43,005 bases of DNA from Acidobacteriota bacterium (GTDB lineage Bacteria; Acidobacteriota; UBA6911; JACQSX01), in assembly GCA_036507075.1 (NCBI GenBank), contig DASXQR010000212.1, positions 1-43,005 on the forward strand, in the 5' to 3' direction. The position numbers were made by a program, and so were the translations under genes. How positions within the stretch are numbered: position 1 is the stretch's first letter; each line of letters begins with the position of its first letter. The notes under the pieces were generated by a model that made no database searches, was not told where the DNA came from, and was given only the letters and a program-made list of their open reading frames with translations. Shown one piece after another: positions 1 to 10,351 of the stretch.

Positions 1-85
1 CAGGTCTTCAGAATTCATTTTTTGCATGGATCTTAATGGAAGCCACATTCAGATGTGCAAAAAATGAATTCTGAAGACCTGACCC
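1..85. repeat. REP-like long inverted repeat (left end cut by window edge)
   Basis: Perfect 26-bp IR: CAGGTCTTCAGAATTCATTTTTTGCA (1-26) / TGCAAAAAATGAATTCTGAAGACCTG (56-81), ending GACCCC; lies just after the DUF1501 stop. Confidence 0.85.
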
Positions 86-93
86 CACACACC

Positions 94-1527
94 TTACGGC
101 AGGATCTTGTGCACGACGAGGCCTTGCACGTCGGTGAGACGATGATGCCGCCCCTGGTACTTGAAAGTCAGCTTTGTGTGGTCCACTCCCAGGCAGTGGA
201 GAATCGTGGCGTGCAGATCATGGACGCTGACCGGGTCGCGCACGATGTTGTAGCTGAAGCTGTCGGTCTCCCCATGCGTCAGGCCCCCCTTGACGCCGCC
301 ACCGGCGAGCCAGAGGGCGAAGCAGCGCGGATGATGGTCACGGCCGTAGTTGTCCTCGGTGAGCGTGCCCTGAGAATAAACGGTGCGGCCGAACTCGCCG
401 CCCCAGACCACCAGCGTGTCTTCGAGCATACCGCGCTGCTTGAGATCCTGAATCAGTGCGGCCGAGGGCTGATCGGTCTGCCGGCACTGGCCGGCAATCT
501 CGCGCGGCAGGTTGCTGTGATGGTCCCAGCCTCGATGGAAAAGCTGGATGAAGCGGACGCCACGCTCGGCCAGCCGGCGCGCGAGAATACAGTTGGCCGC
601 ATAGGTGCCCGGCTTGCGCGAATCCGGCCCATACATTTCAAAAATTGACTCAGGTTCCCTGGAAATGTCCGTCAACTCGGGCACGGACCTTTGCATTCTG
701 AAGGCCATCTCGTACTGCGCGATGCGCGCGTGGATTTCCGGATCCCGGTATTCCCTGGCTTTCAACTCGTTCAGGGCGCCCAGATCGTCCAGAAAGTGTC
801 GCCGCGCCGCCTCCGAATAACCTTCCGGGTTGGATATATAAAGGACAGGATCCGCGCCGGCGCGGAATTTCACGCCCTGATGCGCCGTCGGAAGAAATCC
901 GCTCCCCCAGGCGCGGTCGGCCAGCGCCTGCGAATTGCCGAGACCCTGCGAAACCATCACGACAAATGCGGGCAGATCCCGATTCTCGCTGCCCAGGCCG
1001 TACGAAATCCATGAACCGATGCTGGGCCGGCCCGCCAGCTCAGCACCGGTCTGAAAAAACGTCACCGCCGGATCATGATTGATCGCATCGGTGTGCATCG
1101 ATTTAATCAGGCAAATATCGTCGGCAACCTTAGCCGTGTGGGGGATCAGCTCGCTCAACCACATGCCCGACTGGCCATGCTGTCGATACTGGAAAACCGA
1201 CGGCGCGGTCGGAAAGTTGGTCTGATATGCCGTCATCCCGGTGAGGCGCTGGCCCATCCGTATCGACTCAGGCAGTTCCGCCCGGCGAAAGCGTTCCAGC
1301 GTTGCCTTATAGTCAAACAGATCCAGTTGCGACGGCGCGCCGTGCTGGAAAAGGTAAATAATGCGCTTGGCTCGGGGCAGGAAATGGGGCAGTCCCGGCA
1401 GCGCGCCGGCGGTCTGGGTATCCTCGGCGAGCAACTCGGACAGAGCGGCCGCTCCAATCCCCATCGTCGAAAGGCCCAGGAAATACCGGCGCGTGAGAAG
1501 CAGTTTCCGTTCCTTGATCGGATCCAT
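94..1527 (-). CDS. DUF1501 domain-containing protein
   Basis: Tat-like TRRYFL leader; motifs GAPSQLDLFDYK, RRLAERGVRFIQL, GWDHH, GEFGRT, GRDHHP; adjacent to DUF1553 gene. Confidence 0.92.
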   Translation of the reverse strand: MDPIKERKLLLTRRYFLGLSTMGIGAAALSELLAEDTQTAGALPGLPHFLPRAKRIIYLFQHGAPSQLDLFDYKATLERFRRAELPESIRMGQRLTGMTAYQTNFPTAPSVFQYRQHGQSGMWLSELIPHTAKVADDICLIKSMHTDAINHDPAVTFFQTGAELAGRPSIGSWISYGLGSENRDLPAFVVMVSQGLGNSQALADRAWGSGFLPTAHQGVKFRAGADPVLYISNPEGYSEAARRHFLDDLGALNELKAREYRDPEIHARIAQYEMAFRMQRSVPELTDISREPESIFEMYGPDSRKPGTYAANCILARRLAERGVRFIQLFHRGWDHHSNLPREIAGQCRQTDQPSAALIQDLKQRGMLEDTLVVWGGEFGRTVYSQGTLTEDNYGRDHHPRCFALWLAGGGVKGGLTHGETDSFSYNIVRDPVSVHDLHATILHCLGVDHTKLTFKYQGRHHRLTDVQGLVVHKILP

Positions 1528-1529
1528 GA

Positions 1530-4500
1530 TTATTCCTTCGTGACCGTCTCGTCGAGATTGAGCATCAGGCTCGCCACGGCCGCATAGGCGGCCACTTCCC
1601 GGGGATCCAGTGCGCCATCAGAAGACGACTCGCCATGCTGCAGGTAGGCGCCCGCCGCGCCCGGCGTCCGTGAAAAGTAATCTACATGGTACTCAAGGCT
1701 TTTCCGTAGAATCCCTGCTTCTCCCGCCGACGGCAATCGTCCCGTGACGAGGCGGAAGCCGTAGCGCAGACGCGAATCGCGCTCGGCGCCGCCTTCCTTC
1801 ATCATGCGCTGGCCCAGGAAGCGCGCTGCCTCGACAAAGGTGACATCGTTCATGAGATTGAGCGCTTGCAGCGGTGTATTGGTGCGCATTTCCCGCACCA
1901 CGCAGCTCTCACGCGGCGCAGCGTCAAAGTTGACCATCATCGGAGGCGCGATCGTGCGTTTCCAGAACGTGTACAGGCTTCGCCGGTAAAGGTCCCGACC
2001 CTGGCTCTGCTTATACTCCATGTCCTGCATGGAAATCTCTTTCCAGAGGCCTTCGGGCTGGTAAGGTTTCACCGACGGACCCCCAAGTTTCTCCGCCAGC
2101 AGACCGGAAACGAACAGAGCCTGGTCGCGAATCATCTCGGCAGGCAATCGGAAACGCGGACCGCGTCCAAGCAGCCGGTTTTCGTCATCGCGCTGGGCGA
2201 ACTCGAGCGTCGTTTTCGACGACTGCCGATAGGTCGCGCTTGTGACGATCAACTTCTGAAGCGCTTTGACATCCCAGCCGGAACGAACGAACTCGGTCGC
2301 CAGCCAGTCGAGCAATTCAGGATGCGACGGCGGTTCGCCCTGCACGCCGAAATCCTCGGTGCTCTTCACCAGTCCGGCGCCGAAAAACATCTGCCAGAAA
2401 CGATTCACCGCGACGCGCGCCGGGAGTGGATTGGCCGGATCGACCAGCCACCGCGCGAAGCCGAGGCGATTGTTGGGTTCTCCTGCCGGAAGCTGCGGCA
2501 GTACGGCCGGGATCCGCGGTTCTACTTTCTCGCCAGGCTTGTCATAGGCGCCTCGGATCAGGAGGAAGGTATTTTTTCGCGTCGCGTTCTCAGCCATCAC
2601 CATCACGGTGGGAAAGCTTCGCTCGAGAAGCTCTTCCTGCTGCTCGAGCGCGGCAAGCCGGTTCCAGGCACTCCGGATTTTTGGCGGCGCCGCGTTCTCA
2701 AGGAAGTACCATCGCAGCGCCAGTTTTTCACCCTCGGAACGATCAGACGCTGCTTTTACGGCAATGGCGCTCAACGGCTCACCCAGAGCAAGGGCGGCGA
2801 TTTCCTGCTCAGGGAGGGTGCGCGAATAAATCCGCACCTCATCCATCTGTCCGCGAAAGCGTCTCTCGGGACCCGCGCCGCCGCCGATTCGGAGCGGATC
2901 TTTGAACTCGCGGCCCGCGTTGCGGAATGGCCGGTAAAGAGTGTCAAGCTGGATTTGGACCGGGGCGGTCTTGCCGTTGATGTAGACCCGGACGCCTTCG
3001 GCCATCCGCGAACCGGTGTAGGTAACTGCCAGATGATGCCAGCGCCCGGGGACAAGGCTCTCCTCCGTCTCCAGTCGAATGGCATCGGTGGTCCAGTCGC
3101 TGGTGAGGTGAACGTACACCTTGCCTTTATTCAAGTGAAGGCCGTACCCCTTGCCTTTTGGGCTGTCTGCCATTTTGCTGACAATGCTGCCGTCGGGTAT
3201 GGAATCCGAGTAAACCCACGCTGAGATTGTGAAGGGATCTCCGATATCGAAGACGGCGATGTTTCCCGCGTCCAGGTACGCGGTGCCATCGAATGCCGCG
3301 GATTTCCCGATACGGCCCGGTTGCGGCGCGACTTTGCCGCCGACTTCCTTGAGCCCAACGGTGTCCTCGAATGGGAAGGAAGCTTCCAGTGCCCTGTGCG
3401 GAGCCCAGTAAGCGGGCTCGCCGCCGGCGAATTGCCGCTCCCAGGTTTTTTGCGCCTTTTCGATTTTGACATTTGATCGGCGCAGCATGCTGTGTGTCGC
3501 CGTGATCTGTCGCTCCAGGTCGAGCTGCTTGAGCTGCTGCTCGCGAGTGGGAGCGGCAACGAGCGGCGGCGAGTTTCCATACTTCATTGCCCGGCCTCGC
3601 TCCGGTACGTTGTCAAAGTACGCGTACAGTTGATAGAACTCCTTCTGCGTGAATGGATCGTACTTGTGGTGGTGGCACCGGGCGCAGCCCAGCGTCAGGC
3701 CGAGAAAAACGGTTGACGTAGTCTCGACGCGATCGACCACATACTCGACGGCGTACTCTTCCGGCACAATGCCGTCCTCGGTATTTCCCCTGTGATTCCG
3801 GTTGAATCCGGTAGCAATCTTTTGTTCCCGGGTTGCATTGGGCAACATGTCGCCCGCAATCTGCTGGATGATGAATTGATTGAAGGGCTGGTTGCGGTTG
3901 AAGGCGTCGATCACCCAGTCGCGCCAGCGCCACATCACGCGCTCGCCGTCGTACTGGTAGCCGTTGGTATCGGCATAGCGCGCCGCATCGAGCCATCGCG
4001 CCGCCATGCGCTCGCCGTATCGCGGAGAAGCAAGAAGCCGATCCACGACTTTTTCATAAGCGCCGCGGGATTTGTCGGCCAGAAAGGCATCCACTTCAGC
4101 GGGCGTGGGAGGCAGGCCGGTGAGATCGAGCGTGACGCGGCGAATCAGCGTGGTCTTATCCGCTTCGGGTGAAGGGGAGAACCGTTCGCGTTCCAGGCGC
4201 TCGAGGATGAAGAAGTCGATCGGATTGCGTGGCCACCGCGTATTGCTTACTTTCGGCAGCGGCGGGCGCTGGGGTGGAATCAGCGACCAGTGCTTCTGCC
4301 ATCTGGCTCCCTGCTCGATCCAGCGACGGATCAGTTCGATTTGTCGCTCCGTCAGCTTGCGCCCGGAAGAAATGTGCGGCATTCGTTCCGTTTCGTCCTG
4401 AGAGGAAACACGCCGGTAGATTTCGCTCTGTTGAGGATTGCCGGGCACGATGGCACGGCGCCCTTCCAAATCGACAAAGGCGCCGGCCTCTGTATCCAGC

Positions 4501-4712
4501 CGCAGCTTGCTCCTTCGTTTGGCCTCATCCGGGCCATGGCAAGCGAAACAATTGTCAGAAAAAATCGGCCGGATGTCCCGGTTGAACTCAACGCTTTGCG
4601 GAATGGGTTCCCCGCCCTGTGACCTGGACGCTGACGCGATCGACGCCACGCAGGCGCACAGCAGTGCCAGCATGCGCCAGATCCTGAACTGGTAAAAGCC
4701 CGCCTTGTTCAT
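1530..4712 (-). CDS. Planctomycete-type cytochrome c / DUF1549 / LamG / DUF1553 (PSD1) protein
   Basis: [39 protein letters not shown], LamG-like [40 protein letters not shown]. Confidence 0.92.
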   Translation of the reverse strand: MNKAGFYQFRIWRMLALLCACVASIASASRSQGGEPIPQSVEFNRDIRPIFSDNCFACHGPDEAKRRSKLRLDTEAGAFVDLEGRRAIVPGNPQQSEIYRRVSSQDETERMPHISSGRKLTERQIELIRRWIEQGARWQKHWSLIPPQRPPLPKVSNTRWPRNPIDFFILERLERERFSPSPEADKTTLIRRVTLDLTGLPPTPAEVDAFLADKSRGAYEKVVDRLLASPRYGERMAARWLDAARYADTNGYQYDGERVMWRWRDWVIDAFNRNQPFNQFIIQQIAGDMLPNATREQKIATGFNRNHRGNTEDGIVPEEYAVEYVVDRVETTSTVFLGLTLGCARCHHHKYDPFTQKEFYQLYAYFDNVPERGRAMKYGNSPPLVAAPTREQQLKQLDLERQITATHSMLRRSNVKIEKAQKTWERQFAGGEPAYWAPHRALEASFPFEDTVGLKEVGGKVAPQPGRIGKSAAFDGTAYLDAGNIAVFDIGDPFTISAWVYSDSIPDGSIVSKMADSPKGKGYGLHLNKGKVYVHLTSDWTTDAIRLETEESLVPGRWHHLAVTYTGSRMAEGVRVYINGKTAPVQIQLDTLYRPFRNAGREFKDPLRIGGGAGPERRFRGQMDEVRIYSRTLPEQEIAALALGEPLSAIAVKAASDRSEGEKLALRWYFLENAAPPKIRSAWNRLAALEQQEELLERSFPTVMVMAENATRKNTFLLIRGAYDKPGEKVEPRIPAVLPQLPAGEPNNRLGFARWLVDPANPLPARVAVNRFWQMFFGAGLVKSTEDFGVQGEPPSHPELLDWLATEFVRSGWDVKALQKLIVTSATYRQSSKTTLEFAQRDDENRLLGRGPRFRLPAEMIRDQALFVSGLLAEKLGGPSVKPYQPEGLWKEISMQDMEYKQSQGRDLYRRSLYTFWKRTIAPPMMVNFDAAPRESCVVREMRTNTPLQALNLMNDVTFVEAARFLGQRMMKEGGAERDSRLRYGFRLVTGRLPSAGEAGILRKSLEYHVDYFSRTPGAAGAYLQHGESSSDGALDPREVAAYAAVASLMLNLDETVTKE

Positions 4713-4826
4713 AGCTGTTCGTGTCTATTGTAACTTTGTGCATCGGAAGCCGCTTGGAAAAGGCTGTCGACGCTCACCGCCTGATAAGCTGCCGCCTGTT
4801 GCGTGCCCACGACGAATTCAAATTTC

Positions 4827-4858
4827 GGTAGTGACTCAATTCAAACTGAGTCACTACC
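4827..4858. repeat. REP-like palindrome
   Basis: GGTAGTGACTCA-N8-TGAGTCACTACC, perfect 12-bp stem. Confidence 0.8.
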
Positions 4859-4860
4859 CA

Positions 4861-4906
4861 AATTTCGTGAAATTTGTGAAATTCGTGAAATTCGTGAAAT
4901 TCGTGT
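4861..4906 (+). repeat. TTCGTGAAA nonamer array R1
   Basis: About five tandem 9-mers abutting the stop codon of the FGE-domain gene. Confidence 0.9.
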
Positions 4907-5646
4907 TACCGAACCACGCGGAACCCGTAGTCGGCGTATTCGAGGACCGGGGAAATGCTGGAGCGCGTCGAGCAGGTGCTTGCCTTGACATGATGCCGCC
5001 ACGACCCGCCTCGAGAGGAGCGCCGCTCGCCCGCTGCAGGCCCGCGCGGGTTGCGCTCGGGCGATACGGCGTAGTAGTCCTTCTGAAACCAATCGGCGCA
5101 CCACTCATGGACGTTCTCGCACAGATCGTAAATGCCGAACCCATTCGGAGCGCCCAGTCCGACGGGAAGCGGACCTTTCACCAGGCCACCCCAACGCTCG
5201 ATGTATTCCGGCCGGGGCTGAGGCGGCTCGTTGCCCCACGGATGGAGCCCTTCGCGCCCTCCCCGCGCCGCCCGTTCCCATTCCGCTTCGGTCGGCAGGC
5301 GATAATGCCTCCCGGCAACTCTGCTGAGCCACTCGCAGTACTTCACGGCCTCAAACCAGGACACGGCTGTCACGGGCTGGTCGGGATGATTGAAGTCCGG
5401 GTGACTCCAATTGGGCGGCTCGGGGTGGCCCGTTGCTTTGAGGAAGAGCGCCCATTCCCGGTTGCGCACCTGGAAAACCGCCATCTCAAAGGCATCGACC
5501 CACACCCGGTGCAGCGGCCGCTCCTCATCCCGGCCCCCCTCGCAACCCATCAGGAAATAACCCTCCGGCACGAGCACATAATCCCCCTCCAGAATCCTGC
5601 TGGCGCCGCTTGCCTTCGCTTCCCTGGTTGTCCCCTTCTCGGCCAT
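4906..5646 (-). CDS. Formylglycine-generating enzyme (FGE-sulfatase/SUMF1) domain protein
   Basis: FLMG..DEERPLHRV, RLPTEAEWERAARGG, NGFGIYDLCENVHEWCADW, RGGSW, GFRVV; start moved to ATG at 5646. Confidence 0.88.
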   Translation of the reverse strand: MAEKGTTREAKASGASRILEGDYVLVPEGYFLMGCEGGRDEERPLHRVWVDAFEMAVFQVRNREWALFLKATGHPEPPNWSHPDFNHPDQPVTAVSWFEAVKYCEWLSRVAGRHYRLPTEAEWERAARGGREGLHPWGNEPPQPRPEYIERWGGLVKGPLPVGLGAPNGFGIYDLCENVHEWCADWFQKDYYAVSPERNPRGPAAGERRSSRGGSWRHHVKASTCSTRSSISPVLEYADYGFRVVR

Positions 5647-5691
5647 GTCAGGTTGTTCCTTTATCTTTCGGGCTTTTGTACTGCAACCGCA

Positions 5692-5716
5692 TTGTTGAGC
5701 ACGAATTTCACGAATT
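5692..5716 (-). repeat. Nonamer array R2 with TCAACAA end
   Basis: Minus strand reads AATTCGTGAAATTCGTGCTCAACAA; contains the vapC stop codon. Confidence 0.8.
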
Positions 5717-6130
5717 CTCCTGGGCTGATGGAAGCAGCGAAAACCGACCCAGTCGCGACGGTCGATACACGGCAAAGTGACGATGGTCCAGCGTAAAAAT
5801 CCTGCGCAGTCTTTCTCGCTCGGCAACACGGACCAGTGCCGCGTCGGCAAGATCCATCGGCAGGTCTCGATACTTTCGCATCAGGTCCCGCATCCGGGGA
5901 ATGTCATCGGCATTCAGCGCCAGCAGCCCGATGGCGCCGCGACCGATCATTTCCCACAATGCCTCCTGCGCTTGCCAGGAAAAATTAAGCAGGTACATCG
6001 CTTCGGTGAAGACCGGCCAGACTGTGCCGAGTGGTTCCTTCAAATTACGCAACGCTGCCTTGCAGCGCTCATGGTTCTGATCATCTCCATGAATGAGCGC
6101 GACCAAAGGCCCCGCATCGACCAGAATCAT
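5708..6130 (-). CDS. vapC: PIN-domain toxin (VapC family)
   Basis: MILVDAGPLVAL, TEAMYLL, MDLADAALV, IFTLDHRHF. Confidence 0.9.
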   Translation of the reverse strand: MILVDAGPLVALIHGDDQNHERCKAALRNLKEPLGTVWPVFTEAMYLLNFSWQAQEALWEMIGRGAIGLLALNADDIPRMRDLMRKYRDLPMDLADAALVRVAERERLRRIFTLDHRHFAVYRPSRLGRFSLLPSAQENS

Positions 6131-6384
6131 GCTCGGGCTCTCTGCTTAGAAACCAAAAGCCGGCGAAACTTGTCCCCGGTTTGGATGGAGAGATCGGTGG
6201 GACCTCCTCGGGCACACCCTATCAAGTCCGCCACACCGTCATACGGCCCGCTGCCGGCGCCTTTCTTGGGCGCCAAAACGGCGATGGCATCGCGAATTAC
6301 ATCGGACTTGGTTTGTCGTCTTTGCCTGGCCAACCTCTCGACCAACTGTTCAGTTTTCGGATCCAGCCTCACACTCAGCGGCAT
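6127..6384 (-). CDS. Ribbon-helix-helix (CopG-like) antitoxin
   Basis: MPLSVRLD..KSDVIRDAI; 4-bp overlap with vapC. Confidence 0.85.
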   Translation of the reverse strand: MPLSVRLDPKTEQLVERLARQRRQTKSDVIRDAIAVLAPKKGAGSGPYDGVADLIGCARGGPTDLSIQTGDKFRRLLVSKQRARA

Positions 6385-6524
6385 CGCCTTGGGTCTCCTT
6401 GTATGACGCAATTGTACTACAGCGACACCGAGGCGCGCAAGCAGCAGGCCGGGCTCCGACGCACAAGAACCATGCAGCAGCACGTGCACACCAGAGTCCT
6501 TGCTCAATAATTGTTCCCGCGTTC

Positions 6525-6703
6525 GTCCGCCACGGTGGGGTTCTTGGACGGCGGCGATTACACGAATTTAACGGTGGAGTTCTCGGATGGCGGCGATTAC
6601 ACGAATTTACACGAAAAAGATTCGTGAAATTCGTGAAATTCGTGTAATTCGTGTAATTCGTGTTCAACAATCGCTACTACAGCACACTCACGGGCTCGGG
6701 CAG
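6525..6703 (+). repeat. Composite element: 39-bp tandem duplication + nonamer hairpin R3 + sulfatase fragment copy
   Basis: 39-bp units start at 6532 and 6571; CACGAA/TTCGTG inverted arrays; TCAACAA end; 6670-6703 matches 7484-7517 at 32/34. Confidence 0.9.
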
Positions 6704-6732
6704 ATATGGGATAATGCCGCAAGGAAACCGTG

Positions 6733-6843
6733 ATGAAGCGTAGAGAATTTATCGGCGCAATGGGGACTGCCGTGGCGGCGAAGCGATTAGCGCGGCCCTT
6801 GTCCGCTGCCTCCGGCAAGCTGCATATCGTCAGCCTGAGTTTC
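6733..6843 (+). pseudogene. 5' fragment of a Tat-exported protein (possibly polysaccharide deacetylase)
   Basis: MKRREFIG Tat leader then KLHIVSLSF, breaking off where NodB-type FDDG would follow. Confidence 0.4.
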
Positions 6844-6993
6844 GCCAGTGGGTCATTTTTCGATTGTCAAAGCTACGCTATGGCTCTTAATCTAGCCGAG
6901 CCTACAAATCGTGGCCAGTCACCAGTGGTGAATGGGTGGTTTCGGCGCGTCTTGAATGCTCTGCAGCGTGACACTCTGCGGATGTGACTTGTT

Positions 6994-8757
6994 ATGACTT
7001 CACTTCGATCATTGTTCATTGGGGCCGCACTTCTGATCGGCCCGCTTTGTGGTCACCCCGCGGCACTGTCCGGTAAGACTTCGACCGGCGACGCGCGCCC
7101 GAACATCCTCATCATCATGTCCGACGACATGGGGTTTTCGGACATCGGCTGTTACGGCGGCGAAATCAACACACCGAATCTTGATTCGCTTGCGGCCAAC
7201 GGTCTGCGCTTCACGCAGTTTTACAATACGGCGCGCTGCTGTCCGACGCGCGCCAGTCTGCTGACGGGATTGTATCCGCATCAGGCAGGCGTGGGGCACA
7301 TGATGGCGGATAGAGGCCACGACGGCTATCGCGGTGATCTGAATGAGAACTGCGTGACGATTGCCGAAGCGTTGCGGCCTGCGGGCTATGCCACCTATGC
7401 GGTGGGCAAATGGCATGTGACAAAGAAGACGAACCCTCAGAGCGAGGCCGATAAGCACAACTGGCCGCTGCAGCGCGGCTTTGATCGCTACTACGGGACA
7501 CTCACGGGCTCGGGCAGCTATTACGATCCCAGCACGCTGGTGCGCAACAATACAATGATCACCGCCTTCAGCGATCCTGAATATCGGCCGGAACAGTACT
7601 ATTACACCGACGCCATCAGCGATAACGCCGCGCGCTTCATCGCTGAACACAAGCGAGGCAGCGGTGACAAGCCGTTCTTTGCGTACGTTGCATACACGGC
7701 CGCGCACTGGCCGATGCACGCGCTCGAAAAAGACATCGCGAAGTATCGCGGCAAATACGAACAGGGTTATGAGCCTATTCGCCGCGCGCGCCGCGAGAAG
7801 GCTGTCGGGCTCGGACTTGTTAATCCCAAGTGGGTGATCTCGCCCCGGAGTGGTGACTGGAACAAAGTTCAGAATAAGGACTGGGAAGCGCGCGGGATGG
7901 AAGTGTACGCGGCCATGATTGACAGCATGGATCAGGGGATCGGCCGCATTATCGCCGAACTGAAGAAGCAGCAGCAGTTTGACAACACGCTGATTCTGTT
8001 TTTGCAGGACAACGGCGGCTGCGCTGAAGAAATGGGACGCAACGCTCAGGCGGACAACGCGCCGACAAAATACACTTCGCGCCCTGACAAACCTGTGTTC
8101 CCACCATTGGCTAAAGACGCGCAACATTACTTCGGCTCCCTTCCGAAACAAACACGCGACGGATGGCCGGTGATTATGGGGCCGGGCATTATGCCGGGCG
8201 GGCCCGATACGTTCATCGCTTATGGTCGCGACTGGGCGAATGTCTCGAACACGCCATTCCGCGAATACAAGCACTGGGTTCACGAAGGGGGCATCTCGAC
8301 TCCGCTGATCGTACACTGGCCGAAAGGCATCACTTCGTCGCGCCGCAATCAACTCGTACATACCCCTGGCCACCTGATTGACCTGATGGCGACCTGTGTT
8401 GATCTCGGCGCCGCCAGGTATCCCGCGTCATTCAATGGAAGAAAGATTCACCCATTGGAAGGAGTGAGCCTGCGGCCCGTCTTCACCGGCAAGTCATTGA
8501 AGCGGCCACAGCCGATCTTCTGGGAACACGAAGGCAACCGGGCGATACGCCAGGGCAATTGGAAGCTCGTTGCCAAAGAGAATCAGGCGTGGGAGCTTTA
8601 TGACATCGAAGCCGACCGCACAGAGATGAACAACCTCGCCGCCAAGCATCCCGGCAAAGCGAAGGAATTATCAGCGACGTGGGATGCCTGGGCAGCGCGC
8701 GCCAACGTCCTGCCACTCGGCGCCTGGCGCGCCCCAACACCACGAACTGAAAAGTGA
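6994..8757 (+). CDS. Arylsulfatase (FGly-dependent, Cys-type)
   Basis: Signal peptide, PNILIIMSDDMG, CCPTRASLLTG (CxPxR), GKWH, DNGG, HEGGISTPLIV, WELYD. Confidence 0.95.
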   Translation: MTSLRSLFIGAALLIGPLCGHPAALSGKTSTGDARPNILIIMSDDMGFSDIGCYGGEINTPNLDSLAANGLRFTQFYNTARCCPTRASLLTGLYPHQAGVGHMMADRGHDGYRGDLNENCVTIAEALRPAGYATYAVGKWHVTKKTNPQSEADKHNWPLQRGFDRYYGTLTGSGSYYDPSTLVRNNTMITAFSDPEYRPEQYYYTDAISDNAARFIAEHKRGSGDKPFFAYVAYTAAHWPMHALEKDIAKYRGKYEQGYEPIRRARREKAVGLGLVNPKWVISPRSGDWNKVQNKDWEARGMEVYAAMIDSMDQGIGRIIAELKKQQQFDNTLILFLQDNGGCAEEMGRNAQADNAPTKYTSRPDKPVFPPLAKDAQHYFGSLPKQTRDGWPVIMGPGIMPGGPDTFIAYGRDWANVSNTPFREYKHWVHEGGISTPLIVHWPKGITSSRRNQLVHTPGHLIDLMATCVDLGAARYPASFNGRKIHPLEGVSLRPVFTGKSLKRPQPIFWEHEGNRAIRQGNWKLVAKENQAWELYDIEADRTEMNNLAAKHPGKAKELSATWDAWAARANVLPLGAWRAPTPRTEK

Positions 8758-8840
8758 TTCGCAAGGGAAAGCAGATCAACACAAACGGCCGAAGCTACAA
8801 GGTCAGAGATCTGAACAGATTTCAAAGTCCAGGCACAGCG

Positions 8841-8951
8841 GATTTACACGAAAAAGCTTCGTGAAATTCGTGAAATTCGTGTAATTCGTGCTCAACAAGG
8901 CTATCGCGGTGATCTAAATGAGAACTGCGTGACGATTGCCGAAGCGTCGCG
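8841..8951 (+). repeat. Nonamer hairpin R4 + sulfatase fragment copy
   Basis: TTTACACGAAAAAGCTTCGTG...CTCAACAA; 8899-8951 matches 7324-7376 at 51/53. Confidence 0.9.
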
Positions 8952-8987
8952 TCCATGACGAAGACGCAGGAATACCTTTCCCTGTTC

Positions 8988-9305
8988 CTAGTCGAGCACC
9001 CAGATCCCATGCGCGCGAATCTCGTCGTACATCGCGTCGGGCGCTAGATCGATCTCACCCGGCCAGGTGACCGCTCCATAGTCGAGGAAGACCTGGGCAA
9101 AGAGCTCCGGATTCCGCAATTTCGCGAATACGCCACTACTTTCACTTGCGATCCGGCGTGACAAATCCACTTCGCCAGCCGTTCCGTCCATGAAGCGGAC
9201 GGCAAGGCGGAAGCCGGGCAGCGTGCGCACGGCAGACACGCGCCAAGGAGCTTTCGGATTTACTCCTGGGGTCGAATCTTCTTGGGGGGTTGTTTGCTTT
9301 CGCAT
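8988..9305 (-). CDS. DUF2442 domain protein (TA-like component)
   Basis: LAVRFMDGTAGEVDL, GAVTWPGEIDLAPDAMY; overlaps upstream DUF4160 gene. Confidence 0.85.
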   Translation of the reverse strand: MRKQTTPQEDSTPGVNPKAPWRVSAVRTLPGFRLAVRFMDGTAGEVDLSRRIASESSGVFAKLRNPELFAQVFLDYGAVTWPGEIDLAPDAMYDEIRAHGIWVLD

Positions 9306-9519
9306 AATCTCCAATCCTCCATCAAGTCCTTCTGATGTATTGTCGCCCACTCCTTAACAAGTGCAAGCGCCCGCCGCGGGAGCGAACCGCGAATCACTCG
9401 AGCTTTTGAATATCGATCAATGCTTCATAGTCTGCGTACAGGGCATGGAAGTGCGGCGGCCCATGCTCATCCCAATACATCCGGATCAGGATCCCGTAAA
9501 AAGCGCTGATTGTCGGCAT
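9260..9519 (-). pseudogene. DUF4160 protein, frameshifted
   Basis: MPTISAFYGILIRMYWDEHGPPHFHA...KLE, then a 1-bp loss near 9397; continues IRGSLPRRALALVKEWATIHQKDLMEDW in another frame. Confidence 0.85.
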
Positions 9520-9550
9520 GACGTCAAGCGTTCTTGAAGCTGGTAACCGC

Positions 9551-9645
9551 AGTCTTGAAAATCCGCACCGATTGGTATTGAGCTGGTCATTGCCGGCGAA
9601 GCCTTCATCCAGGACGACACACGCTCGGGTCTCAATTGTAACAGG
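9551..9645 (-). pseudogene. Remnant resembling the C-terminus of a type III R-M Mod methyltransferase
   Basis: Across frameshifts reads LRPERV / VLDEGFAGNDQLNTN / VRIFK. Confidence 0.5.
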
Positions 9646-9719
9646 GTCGTTGCGGTATCCACGGTATGGTCTTTTGGCCCCGTAGCGTTCATTGCACGCA
9701 GACAGCCCGGTTCCTGTCC

Positions 9720-9920
9720 GGCACAGTCCGGTAAGACTCCGACCGGCGAAGCGCGCCCGACCATCCTCATCATCATGTCCGACAACATGGGGTTTTGGGA
9801 CATCGGCTGTTATGGCGGCAATTACACAAATTACAACGAATTTACACGAAAAGGATTCGTGTAATTCGTGCTCAACAATCGCTACTACCGCACACTCACC
9901 GGTTCGGGCTGATCCTGAAA
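9720..9920 (+). repeat. Sulfatase fragment + nonamer hairpin R5 + sulfatase fragment
   Basis: 9720-9819 matches 7062-7161 (about 93/100); 9878-9909 matches 7484-7515. Confidence 0.9.
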
Positions 9921-10087
9921 GCCAGTACCATTTCCTAGGTAATTATTTATACTTACCGAGGTTTTGTTAAACTTTCAACATGACTCGCGCAAAGACAGAA
10001 AAACTGCTCGACCTGGTTCAGCGCCGCAAGGCTGCGTTAAGCAACTCAAGATGGCATGGCCCCCGTCGGACGTGTTAAAGTCCCACA

Positions 10088-10351
10088 GTGGGCAAGCGTG
10101 AAAAGGTTCTGTCGCAGATCTTGCGCGGAACTTCTGACGCCAATATCGCCTTCAGTGACCTATGCCAACTACTGCGAGACTTCGGATTTCAAGAGCGGGT
10201 CAAAGGCAGTCACCACATTTTTGCTAAAGAAGAGGTAGAAGAGATTCTGAATCTTCAGCCCAAAGGGCCGAAAGCCAAATCGTATCAAGTGAAGCAAGTG
10301 CGGCGCGTAATTTTGAGGTATAAACTTGCAGGGCAAACAGATGAAGAATAA
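10088..10351 (+). CDS. hicA: HicA family toxin
   Basis: FSDLCQLLRDFGF..KGSHHIF..ILNLQP..AKSYQVKQVR. Confidence 0.9.
   Translation: MGKREKVLSQILRGTSDANIAFSDLCQLLRDFGFQERVKGSHHIFAKEEVEEILNLQPKGPKAKSYQVKQVRRVILRYKLAGQTDEE

Noticed and set aside
1866..3224. Long plus-strand ORF (also 4705-5796, 7009-8373, 35656-36927, 40180-41073)
   Set aside because: Antisense shadows of well-supported genes in GC-rich DNA
6350..6818. Short ORFs containing FVKFVKFV / NFTNFT / HEFHEF repeats
   Set aside because: Translations of the nonamer DNA repeat, not proteins
7062..9909. Sulfatase copies as a DGR template/variable repeat pair
   Set aside because: Mismatches are not adenine-specific, the copies match 5'/internal regions, and there is no reverse transcriptase in the window
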